Shown here piece by piece: positions 19,307 to 29,797 of a stretch of 64,000 nucleotides of DNA. This DNA comes from Cenarchaeum sp. (lineage in GTDB: Archaea > Thermoproteota > Nitrososphaeria > Nitrososphaerales > Nitrosopumilaceae), in NCBI GenBank assembly GCA_965206845.1, contig OZ242221.1, positions 960,001 to 1,024,000 of the forward strand. The letters run 5' to 3'. Within the stretch, counting starts at the first letter, position 1; every line of letters starts with the position of its first letter. The position numbers and the translations under genes were made by a program. The notes below the pieces were generated by a model, which saw only the letters and a list, made by a program, of their open reading frames with translations, did no database searches and was not told the origin of the DNA.

Positions 19307-20454
19307 CCGGTCTCGTCCTCCACAATCTCTGAGAGCGGCTTGAGGTTCACGTCCACGCCGTTTGATCTCTTGAGATAGTACGCCCCCTTGACGCTGTTGG
19401 TGGTCACCGAGTCGACCTCTCCCTTGTCTATCAGGGGCGTGAGGCATGTGCAGCAGTCAGAGAGTATCTCGCACCCGGCGCGCCGGATCTGCGATGCGTA
19501 TCCCAGCCTCTGGGCCTGCTCCTGCACCAACCTGGGGCAGAACACCATGCACCTCTTCTTGAAGCGCCTCCCGCCCAGCATTGACGACAGGCCGGCCATC
19601 TCCTCCAGGCCCAGCTGCGGGCTGCCCAGGGTCACCATGTCGCCGCGGTCTGCGGTGTTCAGCTCGTCATACACGCCGCGGAGCTCCTCCTTGCCAAAGT
19701 CAACCTCCTCTGCACCGCTGCCGCCGCCCAGGCTGAACCTGCCGCAGGTGCCAGAAGTGCCCATGCCACCGCACAGCGACTTGCAGCTGCGCCGGTCCGG
19801 GCTGCCTGCGCCGGATATGGCCACCGACTGGTCTGCCACCTTGCCCGCAAAAAATCCCAGCATTCCAAAGTCAAGCTCGTCGGGCTCTGGGATCCCCATC
19901 CTTATGGTGATGTCAGGCTCGCTGTCCCTTCTGAGTGACGAGTAGGGGCTCTTGCCCGTTATGGCGCTGGCCAGCGCCGAGAACGCGCTCTCCTTGTTTG
20001 TGCGCAGACCGGCAACCGAGTTGGCGTATATGGCCGCATTGCTCTCGGCAAAGGACACCTGCGTCCCGGCCCCGGGCAGCTTGAGGATCTCGTACGGGAT
20101 GCACGAGAACGTGGGCATGACACCCATCCGCTCGTATGACCTCCTGATGCTCTCCTGCCCCCGGATGAAATCCTCGTCCAGGCCGTAGCCTGACACGCTG
20201 TCGGCGTCGTATCCCATGGGGTTCAGCGACGTCCTCACCTTTACGCGCGCAGTCCTGCTGAACTCGGCAAGAAACCGCTCCCCGGCATCTCCAATGGTGT
20301 TGTAGTTTACGCCCGACAGGTGGGCCCACTCGATCTTGACCAGCCTCTCGGCATCCGCTGCCTCGCCTGTGGCGACAAGAATCCGGTACGCCGTCTCCAT
20401 GGAGCTGCCGTGCTCGCCACGCAGGGCGGCCTCCTCGTCCCTTGTCAGCTCCAT
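19297..20454 (-). CDS. Aconitase X large subunit (DUF521), likely phosphomevalonate dehydratase large subunit
   Basis: MELTRDEE, AHLSGVNY, FSCIPY, AESNA..ANSV.G.RTN, GSPQ, DCCTC, TNSVKGAYY. Confidence 0.88.
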   Translation of the reverse strand: MELTRDEEAALRGEHGSSMETAYRILVATGEAADAERLVKIEWAHLSGVNYNTIGDAGERFLAEFSRTARVKVRTSLNPMGYDADSVSGYGLDEDFIRGQESIRRSYERMGVMPTFSCIPYEILKLPGAGTQVSFAESNAAIYANSVAGLRTNKESAFSALASAITGKSPYSSLRRDSEPDITIRMGIPEPDELDFGMLGFFAGKVADQSVAISGAGSPDRRSCKSLCGGMGTSGTCGRFSLGGGSGAEEVDFGKEELRGVYDELNTADRGDMVTLGSPQLGLEEMAGLSSMLGGRRFKKRCMVFCPRLVQEQAQRLGYASQIRRAGCEILSDCCTCLTPLIDKGEVDSVTTNSVKGAYYLKRSNGVDVNLKPLSEIVEDETGWS

Positions 20455-20503
20455 TGGGTGGTATTCCTGCTGGCAGATATAAGAGTGCCCCGCACCACAG
20501 CTG

Positions 20504-21163
20504 ATGAGAAAGATACTGGACGGGATGATCTCCACCATGAATGCCGTCCAGCCGCCCAGAATGACGGCCCTTCGCCGGCTGCACGAGGCAGAGTCCGGGG
20601 GGCCGTTTAGCATTCTCATCGGCACCATACTCTCCGCCAGGACAAAGGACGAGCGCACCACGGAGGTGGTGGGGCGGCTCTTTGCCCGGTACAAGACGGC
20701 CGAGGCCCTGGCGGGAGCCAGGCTGGAGGACGTCGAGGAGATAATCCACTCCATCGGCTTTTACCGCGTCAAGGCAAGGAGGATAATCGAGGTCGCGTCC
20801 ATAATCCACTCCCAGTTTGGGGGCCAGGTTCCTGACGACATAGACGCGCTGGTGGGGCTGCCCGGCGTGGGAAGAAAGACCGCAAACTGCGTCCTAGTGT
20901 ATGCCTTTGGCAAGCCGGCCATTCCGGTGGACATACATGTGCACCGGATCTCAAACAGGCTGGGCATAGTGGACACCCGGGCGCCCGAGGAGACAGAGGC
21001 CGCATTGATGAGGAAGATCCCCAAGAAGTACTGGCTTGAGATCAACGACACCTTTGTCATGTACGGCCAGAACATCTGCAAGCCCATAACGCCCATGTGC
21101 GACGTCTGCAGGATCAGGGGCTCGTGCCGGTACTACAAAACTAGGCGGAGCGCTTCTTCGTGA
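20504..21163 (+). CDS. nth: Endonuclease III
   Basis: ILSARTKD, HhH LPGVGRKTAN, VDIHVHR, C-x6-C-x2-C-x5-C Fe-S motif. Confidence 0.95.
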   Translation: MRKILDGMISTMNAVQPPRMTALRRLHEAESGGPFSILIGTILSARTKDERTTEVVGRLFARYKTAEALAGARLEDVEEIIHSIGFYRVKARRIIEVASIIHSQFGGQVPDDIDALVGLPGVGRKTANCVLVYAFGKPAIPVDIHVHRISNRLGIVDTRAPEETEAALMRKIPKKYWLEINDTFVMYGQNICKPITPMCDVCRIRGSCRYYKTRRSASS

Positions 21164-21815
21164 GGAACAGGCCGCCCGCCAGGGCGCCTATGATTGCAGT
21201 CACGATAAACGGGAACAGCGCGAAGGTGTTCTGGGACGGGTCGCCCGAGAGGAACTCGATCGTTATGTTGCCGGAGTTTATTGCCGGCGGGTCGGTGGAT
21301 CCCTCCTTTCCGTGCACCGAGTACGAGCCTACCGCAAACACCCCCACGTCCAGGTTGGACACCACGATCCTGTCGCCGTTGTTGACGGTGAGGCCGGCCC
21401 TGTCCGTATACGACATGATGACCTTGCTCAGTTGGGACCATCCGCGCTCAAGGGTGCTGTGCACCACCACATATCCCTCCTCGTCGGGGATCTGCACCGC
21501 CAGCCAGAACTTCCTCTCCGGCAGGCTCCCCATTCCCACCTCGACGAACTTCTCCGGCATGACTTGGTCATAGATCCGCAGGACCGCGTTGCCGTCGGGG
21601 TTCTCGTAGATCAGATCATTGTCGATGGTCACCTGCCAGCTTATCGCGTGGATCTGGTCCAGCGGGATGACCACGGCCTCCCTGATAACCCGGTTAAAGT
21701 CGTCGGGCGGCACGCTGATGGTGTCAATCTGCAGCGACGGGTTCTTTGGCTCCTGCGCGTATGCAGGCAGGGACGCGCTCAGGACAACAAGTGCAAGTAC
21801 GACTGCAGCTCTCAC
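21141..21815 (-). CDS. Exported protein with C-terminal membrane anchor
   Basis: Signal peptide (AYA), C-terminal TM followed by KKR. Confidence 0.75.
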   Translation of the reverse strand: MRAAVVLALVVLSASLPAYAQEPKNPSLQIDTISVPPDDFNRVIREAVVIPLDQIHAISWQVTIDNDLIYENPDGNAVLRIYDQVMPEKFVEVGMGSLPERKFWLAVQIPDEEGYVVVHSTLERGWSQLSKVIMSYTDRAGLTVNNGDRIVVSNLDVGVFAVGSYSVHGKEGSTDPPAINSGNITIEFLSGDPSQNTFALFPFIVTAIIGALAGGLFLTKKRSA

Positions 21816-21845
21816 AGTGGCAAGACGGCTCCAGCGAATAAATAC

Positions 21846-22979
21846 CTAATCGACGAACGGCGCCGGATGGTCCAGTATTATCTTGGATACCTGGGGCCGC
21901 AGAATGAACTCGCTTGGGGCCTTGCCTTCCTGGATCATCGCCCTCATCTTTGTGCCGCTGATCTGCTCCCGATCTTCTGCACCGTGCGGGCATGCCCTTG
22001 GGTTTGTGAACGTGATGCACTTGCGGCAGTAAAAGAACGCCGGGAAGAATATCGGGGCGATCTCAAGATCCGGATAGTCGTCAAAGATCTTGTGCGCCGC
22101 AAAGGGGTCATAGTAGCTGCCCACCCCTGCATGGTCACGCCCTATTATGATGTGGGTGCACCCGTAGTTCTGCCTCATTATGGCGTGGTGGATGGCCTCC
22201 CGTGGGCCTGCATACCTCATCTCCGTATGGAGTGTGGCCAGCCGGCACCTGTTCTCCGGATAGTAGTTCTGTATCATGCTCTCATAACACCTGACGATCA
22301 CGTCGTCCACAAAATCTCCCGACTTCTTTCTGCCTATGAGCGGGTTTACAAACACGCCGTCCCGGGTGGTGATGGCCGTCTTCTGCAGCATCTCGTGCGC
22401 CACATGCGGCGGGTTCCTTGTCTGAAACGCGACTATGGTCTTCCAGCCTGCCTCCACAAACGCCTGCCTGGTCTGGGTCGGTGTCATGCGGTACCTCCTG
22501 ATCCCGGTCTCCTGGGGTCGCGAGACGAGTTCTATCCTGCCGCCCACCAGGTACTCGTTCATGGCGGCCGTCCTGGCGACTCCCGGATGGGCCGCGTCGT
22601 CGGTTCCATACACCCCCACAGATACCGCCTTTTTGTCAAACCCAAACACCTCCTCCACATGCATTACGGCAATCCCCAGTCCGTCGGGATCCGTCAGCAG
22701 CACGTCGCCGGCGTCGCGGGCCCGGTCTGCCGTTGCGCGGTCAAGATCAAGCACCATGGGAATGGTCCACGGCGTGCCGTCTGTCAGCCTGCCGCGGGCT
22801 ATCACACCCTCAAAGTCCTGCTGTCCCAGAAAGCCCTCCAGGGGGCTGAAGATCCCGTCTGCTATATTCTCCACATCGTTTGCCAGATCCGCAGATATCG
22901 GCACGGAGGGCATGCCCGTGGTGTCCCTGTCGGTGATCCTGCTCACAAGCCTGCCACCGTGTGGTCTTATTCCTGTCAT
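21846..22979 (-). CDS. sat: Sulfate adenylyltransferase
   Basis: [39 protein letters not shown]. Confidence 0.95.
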   Translation of the reverse strand: MTGIRPHGGRLVSRITDRDTTGMPSVPISADLANDVENIADGIFSPLEGFLGQQDFEGVIARGRLTDGTPWTIPMVLDLDRATADRARDAGDVLLTDPDGLGIAVMHVEEVFGFDKKAVSVGVYGTDDAAHPGVARTAAMNEYLVGGRIELVSRPQETGIRRYRMTPTQTRQAFVEAGWKTIVAFQTRNPPHVAHEMLQKTAITTRDGVFVNPLIGRKKSGDFVDDVIVRCYESMIQNYYPENRCRLATLHTEMRYAGPREAIHHAIMRQNYGCTHIIIGRDHAGVGSYYDPFAAHKIFDDYPDLEIAPIFFPAFFYCRKCITFTNPRACPHGAEDREQISGTKMRAMIQEGKAPSEFILRPQVSKIILDHPAPFVD

Positions 22980-22980
22980 C

Positions 22981-23697
22981 TCACTTCTTGTAGTCCATGT
23001 GCAGGCCACACTCCTTATGTGTGTCGTGCTCCCACCACCACCTGCCTGACCTGGCATCCTGGCCGGCCTCCACGGCCCTGGTACAGGGGGCGCACCCTAT
23101 GCTGGGGTACCCGGCATCCAGCAGCTTGTTGTAGGGAACGTCGTTTGCCCTTATGTACCCCCACAGCCGGTCCCAGGTCCAGTCCACCAGCGGGTTTATC
23201 TTCAGTATGTTGTTGTGCTGGGTGTCCACCTCGAAGATCTTGGCGTCCCTCCTGGTCTCGGTCTGGTCCTGCCGCAGTCCGGTGATCCACCCGTCCAGCG
23301 TTCCAAGCATCCTGTTTATGGGGTGCACCTTGCGGATGCCGCAGCAGAGCCTTCTGTTCTCCACGCTCTCATAGAACAGGTTCAGCCCCTTCTTGCGGAC
23401 CATCTCCTCGACCTCGTCCGTGTCGGGAAACATCACCTCTAGGTTGATGCCGTACCTCTTCCTTACCGCATCCATGACGTCATAGGTCTCCTGCGGCAGC
23501 CTGCCCGTATCCAGGGTAAAGAACCGGAACCGGGGGTTTATCTTTATCATCATGTCCACTATGACTGCGTCCTCTGCGCCAAAGCTGGATGCCTTTGCCA
23601 CCCGCGGGTGCAGTTGATCAGACGCCCACTGCAGGGCTTCTTGCGCCGTATGGATCCTGGCGTTGAGCTCGTTTACCTGTTCCTGACTGAATTCCAC
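22981..23697 (-). CDS. cysH: APS/PAPS reductase (APS-type Cys motifs)
   Basis: [38 protein letters not shown]. Confidence 0.93.
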   Translation of the reverse strand: MEFSQEQVNELNARIHTAQEALQWASDQLHPRVAKASSFGAEDAVIVDMMIKINPRFRFFTLDTGRLPQETYDVMDAVRKRYGINLEVMFPDTDEVEEMVRKKGLNLFYESVENRRLCCGIRKVHPINRMLGTLDGWITGLRQDQTETRRDAKIFEVDTQHNNILKINPLVDWTWDRLWGYIRANDVPYNKLLDAGYPSIGCAPCTRAVEAGQDARSGRWWWEHDTHKECGLHMDYKK

Positions 23698-23918
23698 TGT
23701 CTCGGAGTGGGTCGTTTTGTTTAATAATTATTGCGAGGGCCCATCCGCCGCCGTGCCCAGGCGGCTCCATTCTGGTGCCTGCGTGCGGTGCCCGCGAGGG
23801 GTGCCCCAAAGGCCCATGCGGGATCCGGAACCTGCAGCAGGGTCCGGGTGCCCCAAGACGGCGGGCGCGGCCCTGCATCCGTCCTAAATTATAAGTTGGT
23901 TCATGGTAAGAATGCAGG

Positions 23919-25037
23919 ATGAGTGGAGATTCCTGCGTGGTGGTCTTTCCGTCTGCCTTTGCGCAAGGCCTGCTGCCCCTGCTGGCGGCCAACGTAAGGA
24001 GGATTCTGGAGATAAAGGGACAGAAGTTTGACTCGATCAGGAGGGACGGCCCGGTCATCGTGGTGGACGCTCAGGATCCGGTCTTTGCGTCCTCGGCGGC
24101 GGCGCTGCTCTCCGGGGTAAGGAGGGTGGCCATCGCAAGGCGTGTGGAGAAGGATCCCGACGTGCTGGTGCCAGCGATGGCAGAGGTCGGCTCCAACCTG
24201 CTTCTCAGCACGGACAGGTTTCTCGTGAAGGTGGAGGGCTCCGCAAAGGGGTTCATCCCGGACGACCTGGAGATCGCCGCCACCTCGGCCATAATCGGCA
24301 GTGGCCGGCCCAATGGGGGGCCCGGCACCGGAAGCTCGTATGACCGGCTGCTCTACACGTTTCTTGCGCGGAACAGCGCGTACGTCTGCATATTCTCAGA
24401 CGAGTGCACGGGAGGGATGCCCTACGGATCCCAGAGGCAAGAGGCCGTCTGCTGCATATTTGACGAGCTGTCCGCCGTCTCCTGTCTTGAGACCCTGCGG
24501 CAGGGCTACCGGGTCAGGATGGCCGTCTGCTATCAAAAGCCCCGGGAGCTGATGAACCTGGCAAAGATGATCAACCAAATTATACCGCGGATGGTCAGCC
24601 GGGATGTGGAACTGAACTTCTTCCGGGTGAGACCCGGCGCCGCCGGCTATCTGGGATATGCGGCCGCATCCCTGGATGCCTCGTTGCTCCTCGCCACGGA
24701 GTGTGGCGCGGATCACGTCTCCCTGCCGGTCTCACCGCTGATCCACCCGCCGGGCTTTGTGGACGAGTGCATACTTGATACGGTGGGACGGGGCCTCACG
24801 CCGGTGATTCCCCTGGGGGGAATGACCGACGATCTCTTCCGGGCGGCCGGCCAGATCGGCCTGGAGAAGCACCTGTCCCGCATAGAGAAGCTGGCAGGCC
24901 TGAAGGCCGGCAGATCCAAGGGCTACAGCAGAAGGGACGCGCCGCCGTTACCGCCCGAATCCAGGCAGAGGGTTCTGTTGCAGCCAGGCCCCAACAATGT
25001 CCACGACATCCTTGATTCGCTACAGGCAGATGCATGA
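23919..25037 (+). CDS. THUMP/ThiI-like protein with degenerate PP-loop
   Basis: ThiI-like architecture (GVRRVAIA, FLVKV, GGMPYGSQ) but no SGGxDS motif. Confidence 0.6.
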   Translation: MSGDSCVVVFPSAFAQGLLPLLAANVRRILEIKGQKFDSIRRDGPVIVVDAQDPVFASSAAALLSGVRRVAIARRVEKDPDVLVPAMAEVGSNLLLSTDRFLVKVEGSAKGFIPDDLEIAATSAIIGSGRPNGGPGTGSSYDRLLYTFLARNSAYVCIFSDECTGGMPYGSQRQEAVCCIFDELSAVSCLETLRQGYRVRMAVCYQKPRELMNLAKMINQIIPRMVSRDVELNFFRVRPGAAGYLGYAAASLDASLLLATECGADHVSLPVSPLIHPPGFVDECILDTVGRGLTPVIPLGGMTDDLFRAAGQIGLEKHLSRIEKLAGLKAGRSKGYSRRDAPPLPPESRQRVLLQPGPNNVHDILDSLQADA

Positions 25038-25044
25038 CCGTACC

Positions 25045-26267
25045 ATGAAGAAGATAGGACAGTTCATCTATCCGTGGGGAAACGGCCACTACACCAGAAT
25101 GATGCGGCTCAACGAGGTCCTGGCCGATCACATACGCGAGGATATCCAGATCCACATCTCGACCAAGCCGCCCATATATGAGAAGATCCTGGCCCACTCC
25201 CGGTACCGGGCGCACAACATACTGATGCCGACCCCCATCGACGGCCGGTTCGGTCCCAGCGTCTGGCGGTCCCTGCTGAACCTGCTTCTGCCGGTGGAGG
25301 GGAACCCGCCCCTGGTAAGGCAGATCGCCTGCTACCTCAGGGAGGAGGGCAGGCTCTACAACCGCGAGCACTTTGATATTGTGATCAATGACGGCGACAT
25401 GGGCTCAAACATCATCGCCAGCAGGCGAAACGTGCCCAGCCTCTTTGTGACAAACCAGTTCAAGCCAAGGCTCTGGAGATCCAGGTTCTACTTTTATCCC
25501 GCGGTGAGCTACGTTGCAAGGCAGATCGCCCGGGCGTCCCAGATACTGGTGGCCGACTCGGCGCCGCCCTACACCATGTGCGAGTACAACCTGAACCTCC
25601 CCGACAGCCTAAAGGGCCGGGTCTCCTACGTGGGGCACTTTACGGGCAGGCATGTGCCCAGGGGGGAGCCCACAGACCTGGAGAGGCTGATCGCGGATGC
25701 GGAGTTTGGATACTGGATGAGAACGGGCAACAGGTCCACCAATGACGGCACCGGATCCCGATACCGGCAGATATTTGCCATGCCGGAGATGGCAGGCGAG
25801 CGCCGCATAGTCTCCCACGCCAGGGACGACCCCGCAATCGATTGCGTTACGGGGAGGGACAAAAGGAGGTACTCCGTATCCGAGGCGCTGGAGAGGAAGG
25901 TGGACTGGATTCAGATAGACATCGGGTTTCTCTCCGAGCAGGAGAAGGAGTCGGTGCTGGAGCGGTGCCTGTATGCCGTGATAAACGGCTCGCATACGGT
26001 AATGGGGGAGATCCTGGGCGGCAAGTCAAAACCGGTGATTGGAATCCCCATATACGACGAGCACACAAACCAGCTGAGATGGGCCCAGGAGCGAAACCTG
26101 GGCATACTGGCAAGAAACGCCAGGCAGGCGGTGGAGGGGATCCGGCGGATCAGATCCAGCTACGCCACGTTCCAGGAGGCCCTGGCGGCTTTGCGGCCAA
26201 CTTTGACGGCGAGGGGGCGCGCAACACGGCCCGGATCGCCGCGCAGGTCCTTGAAAGCAAGAAATAG
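25045..26267 (+). CDS. GT-B (GT28-like) glycosyltransferase, apparent single-base frameshift at ~26184
   Basis: GNGHYTR, INGSHT.MGE, KPVIGIP..DEH..Q; natural-looking C-terminus GGFAANFDGEGARNTARIAAQVLESKK lies in another frame. Confidence 0.75.
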
Positions 26268-26497
26268 CGCCGCGCCACAGGTACCGTGCCCGGCACGCAA
26301 CACTTCGATGGGCTAGCTGACCTTAGGGGATGAAGACACAATGCGCGTGCCGGGCTCCTCGATACTGGGGGGCTGGCCCGCCTGTGCCGTGAGGCCCCCG
26401 CTCAGAAGGGCTCCCACACCCGGTTCGGGGCGGCGGGCGTCCAGACGCTACGTCCACATCAGAACGCTTTTATGGAAAATATAAATTTGATAATAAG

Positions 26498-26803
26498 ATG
26501 CCTAACTGCCCCGAATGCACCGCTAGAGAGAAAAAGAAGATCCAGGCGAGATACGAGGCAGAGACGCTCCTGGAGGATCGGAACAGGGATGACCTGATCA
26601 AGATGTTTGATCAGATCGAGCTGTTCATGAAGTTTGAGTCAAGGACAAAGCACTTTGTCTGTCCCAAGTGCGGCCTTTACGCAACCCGGGAACAGGTGGG
26701 TGACATCAGGGCAAAGCTCAACCAGCGCGAGTACACCAAGGAAGACAAGCAGTACGACTATCAGCAGTGGTGGCAGAAGAGCAAGAGCGAGAAGCAGGAG
26801 TAA
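26498..26803 (+). CDS. Small Zn-finger hypothetical protein
   Basis: CPEC and CPKC motifs; TATA TATAAA upstream. Confidence 0.8.
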   Translation: MPNCPECTAREKKKIQARYEAETLLEDRNRDDLIKMFDQIELFMKFESRTKHFVCPKCGLYATREQVGDIRAKLNQREYTKEDKQYDYQQWWQKSKSEKQE

Positions 26804-26809
26804 CGCCAC

Positions 26810-27175
26810 ATGGCCAAAGACGAGATCCCGGGCTGGATTCAGGACGAGATACGCAGCGCCAAGTTTGAGGAGCCGGAGCAGATGACTCGCACCGGATACA
26901 TACTGGACATCTTTGATGAGGACAACAAGATCGACGCGCAGTTCTACGATCCCGTAGCAGACGGCAGGCACATAATAACGCTGGACGTGCCTGGAGAGAT
27001 CGGAACCGGCACCCTGGAGAAGGGGGTGGTCTACGAGTTCAAGCTTGACTCGTGCATGGCGCCGCTGTCCGAAAAGGCGGCGCAGTTTCTCAAGGTCGAG
27101 AAGGGCATAGAGATGAATGCCATATACCAGTTCACGCTCAGGGACGCGGCTCTTCTGGAGCAGGACTCGGGCTAG
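26810..27175 (+). CDS. Hypothetical protein
   Basis: 121-aa acidic ORF, operonic with upstream gene. Confidence 0.75.
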   Translation: MAKDEIPGWIQDEIRSAKFEEPEQMTRTGYILDIFDEDNKIDAQFYDPVADGRHIITLDVPGEIGTGTLEKGVVYEFKLDSCMAPLSEKAAQFLKVEKGIEMNAIYQFTLRDAALLEQDSG

Positions 27176-27959
27176 ACTCTGCGGAGCCGATGCCGCGAAA
27201 CGACGAGCCCAGCATCGGGTTTATCAGGTACGGCAGGGTCTGCTTGAGCCATACCACGCCGCGAACCGTCGACGGCACGACTATCTCCAGGCGCGAGGAC
27301 GCGGATGCCTTGACTATCGCCCGGGCGACCCTCTTGGAGCTTATCGCGTAGGGCTTGCGCCGCATCTTTCCAAACGAGGAATGGTCAAAAAAGTTTGTCC
27401 GTACCGTGATCGGGCTCACAACCGTGACACCAACGCCGGTCTCGTGGAGCTCGTGCTTGAGCCCCTCAGAGAAGCCAAGCATCGCAAACTTTGAGGCGCA
27501 GTACGGCGCCATGCCGGGCAGCCCGACGCTTGCCGCAACGGATGCGACGTTTACTATGTGGCCACGGTTCCGCTTGATCATACCGGGAAGAAAGCCCTTC
27601 GTGCAGTAGACCATGCCAAAGTAGTTCGTCCTCATCTGACCCTCGATCTCCCCGACGCTCAGCTGGGAGACAGTGCCGTACACGGCATAGCCTGCATTGT
27701 TTACCAGAACGTCGACCTGGCCGAACCTGTCCAGGACCTGCCGCGCCATCTCCGAGACCTGGCCGCTGTCAGACACGTCGCATGTCATGGCCTCGGTCTT
27801 GCCGATCCCTGCAAGCTCTTCTCGCGCCCGCTCGAGCCTGTCTGCATTCCGGGATACCATGACCACGCGGGCTCCCCTGTCTGCAAACTCAAAGGCCGCT
27901 GCCGCGCCTATTCCGCTGGACGCGCCCGTGATTACCACTATCTTGTCCCTAAGATTCAC
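27138..27959 (-). CDS. Short-chain dehydrogenase/reductase
   Basis: TGASSGIG, LVNNAG, YCASK. Confidence 0.93.
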   Translation of the reverse strand: MNLRDKIVVITGASSGIGAAAAFEFADRGARVVMVSRNADRLERAREELAGIGKTEAMTCDVSDSGQVSEMARQVLDRFGQVDVLVNNAGYAVYGTVSQLSVGEIEGQMRTNYFGMVYCTKGFLPGMIKRNRGHIVNVASVAASVGLPGMAPYCASKFAMLGFSEGLKHELHETGVGVTVVSPITVRTNFFDHSSFGKMRRKPYAISSKRVARAIVKASASSRLEIVVPSTVRGVVWLKQTLPYLINPMLGSSFRGIGSAESSPSPAPEEPRP

Positions 27960-28980
27960 TGTGTTTACTGGTGCCGGTCTTGGTATATTTGCCTAGTGCG
28001 AAGCGGAAGAGCATGACCCAGGTGACGACAATCGGGAGGTAGTATGTGGCGATCCGCCAGGCGATCACCGCGTTCCACTCCAGCGCCTCTTCTAGCACGT
28101 CAAAGTTGAAGGGATCCAGGTTGTTGATGTACGCCACTATGCCAAACTCGGTCAGGCCGGATCCGCCCACGGTGATGGGCAGGTTCCCGATGGCGTTGGC
28201 CCCCATCACCGCCATGATCGAGTCAAACGGCTCGATGGATATGCCGATCCCCGATGCGATTATCATAAACGAGATGCCGTAGAAGAACCAGGATGCCAGG
28301 GACAGCATGAATGCGTTTACAAACAGCTTCTTGGACTTGGCCGTTCCCATGTTCTCCCTGGATATGGTGCACACCTCGTCCATCCAGTGGTTGGTCTGGG
28401 TGACATATCTCTGGCCGCGCTCCTTCGCAAATCTTGCGACGAGCCGCGCAATGCCCCCGGGAACTTGGAAGGTGCGCTTTGATGACATGAAGAAGAGTAG
28501 CACCCACATGGACGTAACCGCTATGCTGGTTGCAAGTATTATGGTGGCCACTATGTACGCCCCGCTGGCGAGCGCGACGATCCCCGCAATCATGGAGAGC
28601 ACGCCCCCGGCCAGCACCTCGGTCACTATGTCAAGTATGGCAACCCACACGGCCTTGGGCGGCGGGACGCCCTTCTTGTGCAGCCAGTATATCACGACAA
28701 ACTCGGCCCCTATGAACATGGGGGTCGTGAACTTGATGAACTCGCTTCCAATCCTGATGCCGGCTATCCTCCAGATCGAGTCTATGCGGCCCACCTGGTG
28801 TCTTATTATGTAGGAGAGCTTGATGCCCTGCAGGCCCAGCTTTGCCATCATCGCCAGCGCCGCCAGGGCAAAGGGAACCGCCCCCACCGCCAGCACGTCC
28901 TCCAGGCGCACGTCAAACCGGATGATGATTACTACGATTGGGATCATGCTGGCCAGAATGGCCACGGGCCTCCAGTTCAC
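27949..28980 (-). CDS. UPF0104 / lysylphosphatidylglycerol-synthase-TM flippase-like protein
   Basis: Multi-TM, TTP.FIGAE, LPITVGGSGLTEFG, WRIATYYLP. Confidence 0.85.
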   Translation of the reverse strand: MNWRPVAILASMIPIVVIIIRFDVRLEDVLAVGAVPFALAALAMMAKLGLQGIKLSYIIRHQVGRIDSIWRIAGIRIGSEFIKFTTPMFIGAEFVVIYWLHKKGVPPPKAVWVAILDIVTEVLAGGVLSMIAGIVALASGAYIVATIILATSIAVTSMWVLLFFMSSKRTFQVPGGIARLVARFAKERGQRYVTQTNHWMDEVCTISRENMGTAKSKKLFVNAFMLSLASWFFYGISFMIIASGIGISIEPFDSIMAVMGANAIGNLPITVGGSGLTEFGIVAYINNLDPFNFDVLEEALEWNAVIAWRIATYYLPIVVTWVMLFRFALGKYTKTGTSKHSES

Positions 28981-29036
28981 TCTCTGATTCGTTATCAGTT
29001 CAAATATAAGCCAATAATTGCCGACAGCAAAGAGGT

Positions 29037-29795
29037 GTGAAGCTGGTTCTTCTTGAGGGTACGGCGGGCTCTGGTAAGTCCCTTCTTGCCTCGCGGCTGA
29101 GCGACTACTATGCGAAGAATGGCGCCTTTGCCGCCACCCTCAACCTGGATCCCGGCGTGGAGGAGCTTCCCTATACCTGCGATGTGGACGTGCGTGATAT
29201 GGTCAGCACCGCATCGGTGATGCGGGACTACGGGCTGGGGCCCAACGGCGCCGTGGTAATGGCAAACGACATCATCGCATCCAGGCTGGACCAGCTGCAG
29301 GAGGAGATAGATACGATAAACCCCGAGTACCTGATAGTGGATACGCCGGGCCAGATCGAGCTGTTCGCGTACCGCATCAGCGGCCCCCTGCTGGTTCGGG
29401 AGCTGACGGCCGACCAGAAGACCGGGATATTCCTGTACGACGGGGCCCTCGTCAACACCCCGGCAAACTTTGTCTCCATTGCGCTGTTGGCCACCTCCAT
29501 CCGGCTGAGGCTGGGAATCCCGGCGGTCAACGCGGTCACAAAGACCGATCTCATCGGTGACCGGCTGGGGGAGGTCATGAGGTGGGCCTCTGACCTGTCG
29601 GCCCTGGAGGCTGCCATCGCGCAGACGTCTGACGGCGAGGCCTACTCCCTTGCGACGGGAATTCTTCGGGGACTGGATATGGGGGGCTTTGCCCAGGGAC
29701 TGGTGCCCATATCCAACGTTACGGGGGAGGGGATGCCGGAGCTGGAGGCGTCCCTGAACAGAATCATTAATCTTGGAGAGGAGGCAGGGAATTAG
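29037..29795 (+). CDS. GPN-loop GTPase
   Basis: GTAGSGKS, NLDPG, GLGPNGA, DTPGQIELF. Confidence 0.93.
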   Translation: MKLVLLEGTAGSGKSLLASRLSDYYAKNGAFAATLNLDPGVEELPYTCDVDVRDMVSTASVMRDYGLGPNGAVVMANDIIASRLDQLQEEIDTINPEYLIVDTPGQIELFAYRISGPLLVRELTADQKTGIFLYDGALVNTPANFVSIALLATSIRLRLGIPAVNAVTKTDLIGDRLGEVMRWASDLSALEAAIAQTSDGEAYSLATGILRGLDMGGFAQGLVPISNVTGEGMPELEASLNRIINLGEEAGN

Positions 29796-29797
29796 GC

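Noticed and set aside
21312-23285. 657-aa plus-strand ORF and many other long antisense ORFs
   Set aside because: Shadow frames of sat/cysH and other real genes, expected at high GC.
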